Below the pieces are notes generated by a model. The model worked only from the letters and a program-made list of their open reading frames with translations. It searched no databases and was not told the DNA's origin. A stretch of DNA of 40,694 bases, taken from positions 1 through 40,694 of the forward strand of contig DATFNI010000285.1 of NCBI GenBank assembly GCA_035266485.1, given 5' to 3'. Source of the stretch: Balneolales bacterium (GTDB lineage: Bacteria > Bacteroidota > Rhodothermia > Balneolales > DATFMH01). Positions 25,499-34,662 of this stretch are shown in pieces (within the stretch, counting starts at the first letter, position 1; each line of letters opens with the position of its first letter). Both the position numbers and the translations under genes were made by a program.

Positions 25499-26000
25499 AT
25501 ATTTTTCTTGGTTTATGGGTTTCTTCTAACTATCTGTTTGATAACACCCTTGGTCTAACGACCATTCCATTGATCCTTAAACACTAAACAGACAGTTACT
25601 CATTCACATGTCATTTTTCGTGAATATCTGCTATACATTGTCCTAAAATCACAAAAAAACCTTACATCCTCAAAAACCGCAGCAAACCGATCATTGTTTA
25701 AGTATTTGTCGAAGATCCATCTTATATACAGAATAAATATGAAATCATATTAAACTATTTATAAGAATGAATAGAAAACTAAGCACGAGTAAGAATTTTA
25801 AGACTTCAATCACTTAATTCTCCCCGCTAAATACATACTTTTTTCAATTTTTTACGATTCTGAAGATCGGAACTATTACGAATACCAAAATGACAAAATA
25901 GAGCGTTATTTTTTTGTTAATAGGTTATATATAGGCTGGAGTTACATTTTGTTTTAATCTATTATCACAAAAGGAGATCACGCACATAAAAAGCTTTTAA

Positions 26001-27851
26001 ATGACGAAGACAGTTACTGTAAAAAAACTGGTTGTTTTATCCCTGATACCGCTTTTCATCGCATTATTTGTAACTCAGAGAGCCGATGCTATTCGCTTAG
26101 TTAAAGCAGATCAAAATGGCAGGATAGAACCGAACAATGATAATCCCACTACGCAGGTATCCTCAATAAGCATTGCTGATGCACGGAAGCAAAGTGTGGG
26201 GTCGAGCGTCAGCGTTGCAGGACGTGTAACTGCCTCTAACCAATTTGGAAGTCCGGCTTTTATACAAGACTCGTCAGCTGGTATCGCTGTGTATGATTAT
26301 ACATTTGCCGACTCAGTATCGATTGGCGACTCCGTGCAGGTGAGTGGCACGCTCGATGATTATCAAAACCTTTTGGAGATAAAAAACGTCACTTTCAAAG
26401 TGATCTCCACCCCCCGTGACTCCGTCAAGCCAACGGTGATTACGATAAGTCAAATCGGAGAATCGTACGAAGGCCAGCTGATTACTATAAAGAATGCGAC
26501 CATTCAGCATTCAGGTGCGTTTTCAGCAGAGGCAAATTACAATATAACAGATGCCACCGGAACGGCAATAATGAGGATTGACAAGGATACGGATCTACCC
26601 GGATCTATTGCGCCGATGGGCAAAACAAATATTACGGGCATCCTCGGCCAGTATAAAACAGATTATCAACTAATGCCCCGCGATACCACCGACGTTGGTG
26701 TTGGGAATATCACGTATCCGGGTTCGGATGTTCCAATGAGCGAGACATTTGATGTCGCGACCTGGAATATGCTATGGTTTGGCAATGCCAGTAACGGACC
26801 AACCGATGATCATCTGCAACTGGTAAATGCACTTAAGGTGATTCGCCATATCAACGCGGATCTCTATGCCGTGGAAGAGGTGAGCGACCCAGCCATGTTT
26901 CAGCAGTTGCTCGATTCACTGCCCGATTACCATGGTTTTGAAGCTAATTACAGCCAGGTGCAAAAGACGGCCTTCATCTACAAGACCGCAACTGTTGATT
27001 CACTCGACAGCCACCTGGTAACCGATGCAGGCTCCTCGTATGACTGGGCCAATGGCCGGTATCCGCTGGAGTTTACTTTTAATGCAAAGGTTAATGGTAA
27101 AAACAAGTTGATCTATGCATACGTGATACATGCCAAGGCATCCACGTCCGATCCTGCAACAGACTATTCAAGAAGAGTTGCAGCTGCCACGGCACTCAAA
27201 AATTACCTGGATCAGAATCATTCGCAGGACAATGTGATGATTCTGGGAGACTACAACGACGATGTGGATGAGTCCATTTACAATAACGAGACATCGCCTT
27301 ATGCTTCTTTTGTCTCAGATTCCGCTGATTTTGATGTGATCACCTATCCACTCAGCGAAAATAAATATAGTTCGTTTGTGGATGGTACAGAGATGATCGA
27401 CCATATCACGATCTCCAATGATCTGAAACCGAACTTCTTTACCGGTACCGAACGGATCGAAAATACGGCAGCCTATGTTCCCGACTACTCCCAAACTACG
27501 TCGGATCATTATCCGGTCTGGGCCAGATTTAAACTCGATACCGCCACTCCGATTGCGAAGCAGGTAACCGAGCAAAAACCAAAGCAGATTACACTCGAAC
27601 AGAATTATCCGAATCCATTTAATCCATCTACTAATATCACGTTCGTCCTACCCAAAAGGGAAACGGTATCGCTCGACATTTACAATATCCTGGGGCAGAA
27701 TGTCGGCAAGATATTGAATCATCAGGCGTTGCCCGCCGGGAGCCACACCTATCGTTTTGATGCCACAAATCTCCCCAGCGGGATATACTTCTATCGCCTG
27801 GAATCATCAAGTGGAACCGTTGAAACGCGAAAGATGACCCTTCTGAAATAA
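26001..27851 (+). CDS. Secreted endonuclease/exonuclease/phosphatase (EEP) family nuclease with N-terminal OB-fold-like domain and T9SS C-terminal sorting domain
   Basis: 616 aa with a signal peptide. An OB-like module typical of ExeM/NucH/YhcR-type extracellular nucleases is present (SIADARKQSVGSSVSVAGRVTA...AFIQDSSAGIAVY). EEP motifs are ATWNMLWFG, DLYAVEEV, LGDYND and SDHYPVWARF. The C-terminus LEQNYPNPFNPSTNITF...GIYFYRLESS is a type-A T9SS CTD. Confidence 0.85.
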   Translation: MTKTVTVKKLVVLSLIPLFIALFVTQRADAIRLVKADQNGRIEPNNDNPTTQVSSISIADARKQSVGSSVSVAGRVTASNQFGSPAFIQDSSAGIAVYDYTFADSVSIGDSVQVSGTLDDYQNLLEIKNVTFKVISTPRDSVKPTVITISQIGESYEGQLITIKNATIQHSGAFSAEANYNITDATGTAIMRIDKDTDLPGSIAPMGKTNITGILGQYKTDYQLMPRDTTDVGVGNITYPGSDVPMSETFDVATWNMLWFGNASNGPTDDHLQLVNALKVIRHINADLYAVEEVSDPAMFQQLLDSLPDYHGFEANYSQVQKTAFIYKTATVDSLDSHLVTDAGSSYDWANGRYPLEFTFNAKVNGKNKLIYAYVIHAKASTSDPATDYSRRVAAATALKNYLDQNHSQDNVMILGDYNDDVDESIYNNETSPYASFVSDSADFDVITYPLSENKYSSFVDGTEMIDHITISNDLKPNFFTGTERIENTAAYVPDYSQTTSDHYPVWARFKLDTATPIAKQVTEQKPKQITLEQNYPNPFNPSTNITFVLPKRETVSLDIYNILGQNVGKILNHQALPAGSHTYRFDATNLPSGIYFYRLESSSGTVETRKMTLLK

Positions 27852-27869
27852 CAGATATGTTTATCTGTT
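27850..27869. terminator. AT-rich hairpin between convergent genes (weak bidirectional terminator candidate)
   Basis: AACAGATA (27850-27857) pairs with TATCTGTT (27862-27869) around loop TGTT, followed by ATTT. It overlaps the nuclease stop codon. Confidence 0.4.
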
Positions 27870-27888
27870 ATTTCCCTTGGATTTGTGA

Positions 27889-28080
27889 TCATTCCTTGTG
27901 TCTGTTTTTAAGCTTGTACATGGCATAACCAACACCGGCAGCTGCCAGTATGCTCAACCCGCCAATCGGTGCCTGTGATGGCGCTCCGGGCAAACCCGGA
28001 ACCGACTGACCGGCGACCCAGGCTACATCCAGAAGGACAAGAGTTGCCGCAGCGCTCAGTCTGATGAATTTTGTTCTCAT
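27889..28080 (-). CDS. 63-aa miniprotein: signal peptide plus Pro/Gly linker plus C-terminal TM helix and basic tail (sorting-signal-like)
   Basis: MRTKFIRLSAAATLVLLDVAWVAGQ / SVPGLPGAPSQAPIGG / LSILAAAGVGYAMY / KLKNRHKE. A strong SD (AGGAGA) lies 6 nt upstream of the ATG. It is on the same strand, 87 nt downstream of the 974-aa protein gene. Confidence 0.6.
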   Translation of the reverse strand: MRTKFIRLSAAATLVLLDVAWVAGQSVPGLPGAPSQAPIGGLSILAAAGVGYAMYKLKNRHKE

Positions 28081-28167
28081 TACTATCTCCTCTTTTTATG
28101 TTTGTTGATATTCAGCCAAATACAGCTGAAGCTCCTTGGTGATTTGTTTAATTGGACAGGATCATCA

Positions 28168-31092
28168 CTATCTGATCAGCAACATTTTATTGATCAGTAC
28201 TTGCCCCGATGTCTCAAGCCTGTAGAAATACACTCCACTTGCTGCACCACCGGCCTTCCATGTAACTGTATGCCATCCCGAGGTACCATTGCCGTCCATG
28301 AGAACGGTTACCTTCCTTCCCAAGATATCATATACTGCAAGATTCACTCTCATTGGACTGGGCAGATAGAATTTTATCTTCGTTTCCGGATTAAAAGGAT
28401 TTGGATAATTGGGAGCCAGCTTAATTTTACCCGGCTTTAACGACCGGTTTTCAATATCAGTCAAAGTTGGTGTTATGGTCACTTCAAATCTGGCATCCGG
28501 TGTCCCATTGACTTTTGTTCCACCGATTGCCGGTGGTTCAACATTTGAAGCAACAGCCTTACCCTGAGTTCCACCAACTTTAAATCTGTAAAGCGAATCG
28601 GTCCTCATATCAATAATCTTTTGGGTTACCCGATCCTTCAAACTAATCTTCCATGACGCCGGGATGTTTCTCCAAACCGGCCACTCCAGGATTCTATTTC
28701 CCGATGCCCTCGTTCCGCTGATCGTCAACTCAAAGGTATGTGCCGTCTTCAGCGTTAGCGGCTGCGACTCCTCCGCTTTCAAAATTGCATTGCCATCCCT
28801 GGTCCCTTTGATCCCAAGAATTGCATATTCCGATTGAAGCGGCAACAATTTTTGCATGTCCCACTTGTCCCAACCTGAGACGGCATCATCGCTGAAATAC
28901 AGTGCTGCCGCTTTATCCAGCACGATATCACTATCAGCTTCTGAAACTTCGAAGCCAATGATAGCCGGATCCGGCGAATTAACATTTACCTTACTGGCAA
29001 GTACTTTACCCGGTGAACTATTGGTATGAAACGTAACGGATTCAGCATCCTGGTTTTGTATAAAAAACCCCTGAAACGGCGCAATTTGGTTGCCCAGTTC
29101 CGTTGATAAGATATACGAACCGGTTTCTCCGTCCCAGACTTGTGCTACGTTCGAGGCCAGAACACCTCCATTCACATCCATACTACTCAGATCGATGTAC
29201 TGCGGATAGGGGTTACCAATCAGGTTAAAGCCGTCGCCATTGGTATGCAGCGAAACGGTTACGGGCCCATCGGACAACCCTCCTTCAAGATCAAAATCAA
29301 TCGGAAGTCTCCTGCTTCCTTCCAGATCATTATTATAGAAATAGAGGATGAATCCCTGTCCGATCATTATCGGTTCGGCCAGCGTCGATGGCGGGTTCCA
29401 GGTGTTCCCATCATATCCTGAGAAAAGATTTTTATCGCTTCCTTCTGATGCACCCGGAAATCCCTGCAACGGTGTGATCGCCTGGAGGTTGCTATATTTC
29501 AAACCAGTAACGGGACTCGATAACATCCGCCATCCGGCCTCACCCCGGATGACGGTACGGCTCATGATAGTATCCGGCCTCATAAAAATACTTTCCCGGT
29601 CGTTCATATTCCCCGGCGTAGCAGTCATGGGTTTCCAAATAGCCATATTGGTACCCCCTGAAAGAATTCCTGCCAATCCTAATGACTCGTTTGCTCCGGT
29701 ACCGGAGGACTCACTGACATCTATCCGGTAACTTACCAATCCGTTTGCAGCACCTTCCGATGCAGTAAAAGAGCCTTCATAACTGATAAACTGCACCACC
29801 GTATCCCTGTCGCTAAAATGGTAAACCAGTGCCATCCCGTCCGGACCGTTTTGGATGGATGAATATTGCTTTGCATAGAATTTCCAGCGCCCCTCCCGTT
29901 CACCAGGGTCAAACTCAGACAAACCCGTGGTGTTGTATATTCCCCCATTACTCCCATTGTACAAGAGTATCTCCAGGTTTGATATATTCACCGATGTATC
30001 CACCGCCACTTCAACAAACTCATTGCTATCCGAACCGGCGTTATCATAATGGAACTCGTTAATCGCCGCCTTAATAGCCATGCCGGATACCGGAACACTT
30101 TCCTGGCTGGTTGTAACGCTGATTGAGGCATAATTATCAGTTTTGTAATTGATATCCGCCCCGCTGTTAGTGAACGAGAACATTCTGAAATAGTATGTTT
30201 TATCAGCCTCTAACCCGCGCCACACAGCAGTTTGGGTTCCCTGGCTTACACTTACAGCCCCATATCCATCTGACAGATCTGCATCGTCTTCCTCCGGCAT
30301 GCCATCGACCGGCAATGCGATAGAATTCGGATTGACATCTGATACTTTTACCAGATACCCATCCGGTGTCACCTCACCTCCGGCATCTGACCAGTTGAGG
30401 GTTATTGAATGAGTAGTTGAGTCGGGTTCAGTGAATTGAGCTGCCTCTGACGGTTCGGGTTTGGGCTCAGCAACGACAGTGCCTACTGGTGCTATTCCAA
30501 AGCCGGTAAGACTATTATCTGTACTAACTGTCTTGTATCGTTCACTCGGGTCGGTGAATCCACCACTTGAGCCTGTGGTTATCCCCTCTATGAGTTCGAT
30601 GTTCGAATTTTTAGTTGAAACGCCATTACCATCCCACGACAAACCCGGATCATCGCCCGGATTTCCAAATGTATCTTCGATGGTGCCGCCCAATTGTATC
30701 TGTAATGCATCATCTCCATTGAATGTAAAATTGTTTTCGATATACATGACATCACTCAATCCCTGATCGGAAAGATAAGTCCCGATATCACTTGTTCCGA
30801 TAACCATAACTGCGCCACCGGATAACTGGCCGTTGGCCACTATCACGTCAACCGAAAAGGTTCCTCCATTTCTGCCAAGCAATACCGTTAAAGTATCAGT
30901 TGAAAAATCGACCGGCTCACTTGTTGGATTCCAAAGTTCAATACCTTTAGGTGAGCGTCCGCTCGAAGTCTCAATATATTGACTGATGATTATCCGGCTT
31001 TGACCCTCAACTTCTTTTGTCGTAAAAATAAGAATGGAACAAAAGATCAATAAACAGATATCCCTCCACCGCAGGGTTCTTTCCTGGTTCAT
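28168..31092 (-). CDS. Large secreted protein with two lamin-tail domains (LTD), an FN3-like module and a T9SS C-terminal sorting domain
   Basis: 974 aa with a signal peptide. LTD-like segments are IIISQYIETSSG...KGIELWNPTSEPVDFS and AINEFHYDNAGSDSNEFVEVAV. An FN3-like segment is HSITLNWSDAGGEVTPDGYLVKVSD...YYFRMFSF. The C-terminus LAPNYPNPFNPETKIKF...GVYFYRLETS is a T9SS CTD. Confidence 0.8.
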   Translation of the reverse strand: MNQERTLRWRDICLLIFCSILIFTTKEVEGQSRIIISQYIETSSGRSPKGIELWNPTSEPVDFSTDTLTVLLGRNGGTFSVDVIVANGQLSGGAVMVIGTSDIGTYLSDQGLSDVMYIENNFTFNGDDALQIQLGGTIEDTFGNPGDDPGLSWDGNGVSTKNSNIELIEGITTGSSGGFTDPSERYKTVSTDNSLTGFGIAPVGTVVAEPKPEPSEAAQFTEPDSTTHSITLNWSDAGGEVTPDGYLVKVSDVNPNSIALPVDGMPEEDDADLSDGYGAVSVSQGTQTAVWRGLEADKTYYFRMFSFTNSGADINYKTDNYASISVTTSQESVPVSGMAIKAAINEFHYDNAGSDSNEFVEVAVDTSVNISNLEILLYNGSNGGIYNTTGLSEFDPGEREGRWKFYAKQYSSIQNGPDGMALVYHFSDRDTVVQFISYEGSFTASEGAANGLVSYRIDVSESSGTGANESLGLAGILSGGTNMAIWKPMTATPGNMNDRESIFMRPDTIMSRTVIRGEAGWRMLSSPVTGLKYSNLQAITPLQGFPGASEGSDKNLFSGYDGNTWNPPSTLAEPIMIGQGFILYFYNNDLEGSRRLPIDFDLEGGLSDGPVTVSLHTNGDGFNLIGNPYPQYIDLSSMDVNGGVLASNVAQVWDGETGSYILSTELGNQIAPFQGFFIQNQDAESVTFHTNSSPGKVLASKVNVNSPDPAIIGFEVSEADSDIVLDKAAALYFSDDAVSGWDKWDMQKLLPLQSEYAILGIKGTRDGNAILKAEESQPLTLKTAHTFELTISGTRASGNRILEWPVWRNIPASWKISLKDRVTQKIIDMRTDSLYRFKVGGTQGKAVASNVEPPAIGGTKVNGTPDARFEVTITPTLTDIENRSLKPGKIKLAPNYPNPFNPETKIKFYLPSPMRVNLAVYDILGRKVTVLMDGNGTSGWHTVTWKAGGAASGVYFYRLETSGQVLINKMLLIR

Positions 31093-31246
31093 GACGTCTC
31101 CGATTTAATGAATAGTTCTGCTGCTGACGCAGCTTCCGCTTAATTGGTATAGGGAGAGTAATTGATACAGATCAAAATATCAAAAATCTTAAATAATATT
31201 AATAATATAAAGATAAACGTATATATTTATAGATAGAACAGGGATG

Positions 31247-31269
31247 GTATTGAGTAGTAAGTATTGAGA
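31247..31269. repeat. Heptad-register repeat GTATTGA GTAGTAA GTATTGA
   Basis: 7-bp register. GAGTAGTAAGTATTGAGA (31252-31269) matches GAGTAGTGAGTATTGAGA (15196-15213) at 17 of 18 positions. Confidence 0.6.
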
Positions 31270-31372
31270 ACGTGAATGTTTGCACTCAATTCCGACGAAC
31301 CATGGAACCAGGATGGAAGACATTTCAGGATCCACCCTCTAATGTCAAAAATCTTACATCTAAACTCTCTTC

Positions 31373-32674
31373 TCAGTCGTCCAGATGTAATGCTCCAAGC
31401 TGGTTTTCCATGCTGGCGACTGCTACCGACACTGCGGCATCACCGGTAATGTTGACCATGGTACGCAACATATCCAGGATACGGTCAACACCCAGTATGA
31501 GTCCTATCCCTTCGATCGGCACGTTAATCGCCTTCAGAACAATTACAAGCATGATGATCCCGGCACCAGGCACACCGGCCGCGCCAATGGAGGCAAGTGT
31601 GGCTGTGACGACGATGGTTATTTGTTGGCCGAGTCCGAGTCCGAGTCCGAGAGCCTGGGCAATGAAAACGGCTGCAACGGCCTGGTACAGACTGGTACCG
31701 TCCATATTAACCGTTGCACCCACAGGGAGCACAAAGCTTGATATTTCCTCATGCACACCGAGGTTATTCTCAACCCGGTCCATGGTAACCGGCAGGGTAG
31801 CGGCACTTGAACTGGTACTGAAACCCAGCAGCATGGCCGGCCGGATACCACGCAGGAAATCGCGAAACCTCATCTTGCTAAAAATCTTGAACAGAGCCTG
31901 ATAGGTGACAACCAGGTGGATCGTTAAACCTATGACGACAGTCAGTATGTACCAGCCCAGTGCATAGAGCAGTTCCAGCGCTTTTCCAAGATCATTCCCG
32001 GCCAGATCAATGATCAATGACCCGATTAATGCAAACACGCCATAAGGGGCAAGCAGCATGATAAAATCGACGATTCTAAGGATGACATCATTCAGTCCGT
32101 CAATGACATCGACTACCTTTCGGGTCTTATCATTGTTCACTTCAATCAGTCCTATACCAAGCAAAACGGCGACAAACACCACCTGGAGCATATCTCCATT
32201 ATGAGCCATCGCTTCAAAAACATTTCGGGGAACAATTTCGACAATGGGCTCGAGAGGCTTGCGCTGCAACACTTTCTGTGCGGACTGATCGCTCTGGCTC
32301 ACATTTTCCTGGTAACTAGCCATTAGCTGCTCGCGTGTCGCTTCGGGCAATGCCTTTCCCGGTTTTATAAGGTTGACCATCAACAGGCCAATCGATATCG
32401 CAATGATGGTCGTCACGAGATAAATAGCAATGGTCCTGGTGCCCATTCGCGACAGTTTCCTGATATCGCTGAGATTGGTGATCCCGATGATCAGTGAGGT
32501 CAGCACAAGCGGAACGGCGATGAGTTCCAGCAGATGCACGAAAATCGTCCCGATCGGCTTTATATAATCTTCTGTAAACGTGTTTAATCCAATCTGGCTG
32601 GCCAACAGCCCATAAACCAATCCCAGAACCAGACCGATGATGATCTGCCAGTGCAGTTTCCTATACCACTTCAT
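31373..32674 (-). CDS. Dicarboxylate/amino acid:cation symporter (DAACS, GltP/GltT-like)
   Basis: 433-aa polytopic protein with the family motifs FSTSSSAATLPV, VGATVNMDGT and ITGD. Confidence 0.88.
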   Translation of the reverse strand: MKWYRKLHWQIIIGLVLGLVYGLLASQIGLNTFTEDYIKPIGTIFVHLLELIAVPLVLTSLIIGITNLSDIRKLSRMGTRTIAIYLVTTIIAISIGLLMVNLIKPGKALPEATREQLMASYQENVSQSDQSAQKVLQRKPLEPIVEIVPRNVFEAMAHNGDMLQVVFVAVLLGIGLIEVNNDKTRKVVDVIDGLNDVILRIVDFIMLLAPYGVFALIGSLIIDLAGNDLGKALELLYALGWYILTVVIGLTIHLVVTYQALFKIFSKMRFRDFLRGIRPAMLLGFSTSSSAATLPVTMDRVENNLGVHEEISSFVLPVGATVNMDGTSLYQAVAAVFIAQALGLGLGLGQQITIVVTATLASIGAAGVPGAGIIMLVIVLKAINVPIEGIGLILGVDRILDMLRTMVNITGDAAVSVAVASMENQLGALHLDD

Positions 32675-32686
32675 AAATGTACTATT

Positions 32687-33520
32687 TTATAGCGCCTGGA
32701 GAGCAGAGTAAATCAGAAAGGCGATTACAGCCCCCACTCCTGTTGCCATCCAATTAACGGCATTATTTCCAATTACCAATTTTTCGTACGTAAAACCCGG
32801 AATGAATACATCAAGTTCGTCAGTCTGTATCAGAGCGCCGAAATAGGAATCGGCGATACACCCCAGCACTCCACATATACTGATGATAAGAAAATCCAGG
32901 GTATCAACCCGGCCGGCAATCCCTCCATATACCGCTGCGATCAGGATACTCCCTAAAAGAGAGGCCAGAGTCCCATTCACGCTGACACCCCCATTGACCC
33001 CGGCCGGAACCGGTTTGAAATTTGTAATAAGAAGTGTCCGGAACCGATCAGTCAGCGTTCCGATTTCGGTAGCCCAGGTATCCGCATTGGCAACTGCCAG
33101 GGACGCAACGCCAATCACATACCACATCTGCTGCCTTGTTGCAAACCAGATGACAAGAAACACACAAAACCAAAATGCATTGGCCCATACCTGGAGTCCG
33201 TTTCGACGTGTATCTTCCCAGGGATGCTTGTGTTTTTCAAGCCAGAGATGATTGAGTTTTGAAAGCCAGCTACCTGTCAAAAAAAAGATCACGAGGATGA
33301 TCGCCGCCGTTTCCCCGCCCAGACCAAACGTTATCGTTCCGACAACAACCGCAGCGTGAGCTCCATCCAGGGTTAGTAAATTCAGTATAAAAGCCAGAAG
33401 ACCGATCGAACCTGCCAACAGCAGAGCTATGAGCAGTTGCATCTGTTCCGCATGATTGGCAACAACTACTGCTATGATCATGAGAACCAGGACGAAAATA
33501 AAATTAAGTATGCGATCCAC
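32687..33520 (-). CDS. DUF92 (TMEM19/VTE6-like) integral membrane protein
   Basis: 277-aa polytopic protein. The segments ADTWATEIG, GGVSVNGTLASLLGS and ADSYFGALIQ resemble the DUF92 signature, recalled from memory. Confidence 0.65.
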   Translation of the reverse strand: MDRILNFIFVLVLMIIAVVVANHAEQMQLLIALLLAGSIGLLAFILNLLTLDGAHAAVVVGTITFGLGGETAAIILVIFFLTGSWLSKLNHLWLEKHKHPWEDTRRNGLQVWANAFWFCVFLVIWFATRQQMWYVIGVASLAVANADTWATEIGTLTDRFRTLLITNFKPVPAGVNGGVSVNGTLASLLGSILIAAVYGGIAGRVDTLDFLIISICGVLGCIADSYFGALIQTDELDVFIPGFTYEKLVIGNNAVNWMATGVGAVIAFLIYSALQAL

Positions 33521-33577
33521 TGTCAGTATATCGAACTAGCCCTAATTTTTTTGGATAGAAATCAGTTAGTTATGATC

Positions 33578-33850
33578 TCAGATGCCATCAGTAACGGCAT
33601 TATTGGAATCCTGTTCTTCATCGCGGGGTTTCATGATAGCAAAGACGATAATGGCAAAACCGGCCAGGATGAGAAACGGCGAGATATAAAGTGAAACAAA
33701 CCCCTTGACCTTGTTCTCAATGTCCATTGCCAGAAATCCGACAAATATTAATATCAACCCGGAAATAAGTAATTTGTAATTCGACGGGCCAAACAACATT
33801 TTTTCGTCTTTCTTAATCCTGCTTTTACGTCCAGTTTGTCTTTTTGCCAT
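33578..33850 (-). CDS. DUF3098-like small membrane protein
   Basis: 90 aa with a basic N-terminus followed by MLFGPSNYKLLISGLILIFVGFLAM and a second TM helix. This layout is typical of Bacteroidota DUF3098 proteins. Confidence 0.6.
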   Translation of the reverse strand: MAKRQTGRKSRIKKDEKMLFGPSNYKLLISGLILIFVGFLAMDIENKVKGFVSLYISPFLILAGFAIIVFAIMKPRDEEQDSNNAVTDGI

Positions 33851-34041
33851 GGGTATATATTTTTTTCCGGCGTTTAGTTCTTAACCAGTGAGTACTTACC
33901 GTTTTTTCGTAAGGTACGCAACAAAATGATAATAAAATGTTCTGAACGATCATGCAACGTTTGACTTATAACCGAAATTTTATCTACATATACCCCGTTG
34001 GCCTGTTATATTTAAGAATCACTCAATAATTCCTTTAAATC

Positions 34042-34662
34042 ATGAATTCAGCACATATTGTACTGGCGTCCGCATCGCCTCGCAGAAAAGTTTTACTTGA
34101 ACAAATCAATCTCTCTTTTACCATACAGCCCAGCGACGTGGAGGAAATCATGCATCCCGGACAGCCTCCCGGGAAGGTGGCCATGCAACTGGCCGATCAA
34201 AAGGCCACCGATGTCAGCGACGACCACGCCAATGCCGTTATTATCGGGGCTGACACTGTTGTCGTTCTTGAAGGCCGGATGTTGGGGAAGCCGGAAGATG
34301 CCGAGGAAGCGTTCTCTATGCTGAAAAGCCTCAGTGGCCGAACTCATGAGGTGTATACCGGCGTCGCATTGCTGAAAACAGATGCAGACGCTAAAATTAT
34401 CGACAGATCGCTTTTTTATGCACGAACGTTGGTGACTTTCGATGAACTGGATGATCAGGAGATCATCGATTATATACAAACAGGAAGCCCGAATGATAAA
34501 GCCGGATCGTACGGCATTCAGGATGATTGGGGTTCGGTCTTTGTCAAGGAACTACAAGGTGATTATTACAATGTGGTTGGTTTCCCTTTAAATCTTTTCT
34601 ATCGTAATATGAAGAAATTTGCACCGGAACTTTTGCCAACTCCCCTTGCATCCAATGCCTGA
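34042..34662 (+). CDS. maf: Maf-like nucleoside triphosphate pyrophosphatase (septum formation inhibitor family)
   Basis: 206 aa with IVLASASPRRKVLLEQ, GADTVV, GKP, LSGRTHEVYTGVAL and DKAGSYGIQ. Confidence 0.9.
   Translation: MNSAHIVLASASPRRKVLLEQINLSFTIQPSDVEEIMHPGQPPGKVAMQLADQKATDVSDDHANAVIIGADTVVVLEGRMLGKPEDAEEAFSMLKSLSGRTHEVYTGVALLKTDADAKIIDRSLFYARTLVTFDELDDQEIIDYIQTGSPNDKAGSYGIQDDWGSVFVKELQGDYYNVVGFPLNLFYRNMKKFAPELLPTPLASNA

Noticed and set aside
25900-26000. Pho-box search upstream of the secreted nuclease (single TGTTAA at about 25913-25918)
   Set aside because: There is only one hexamer and no 11-bp-phased partner, so the sequence gives no support for direct Pho control.
34619-34654. 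Upstream TTG start for the TPR protein given by the ORF track
   Set aside because: ATG at 34655 yields a canonical signal peptide and a typical 8-nt stop/start overlap with maf. The extra 12 codons would lie entirely inside maf.
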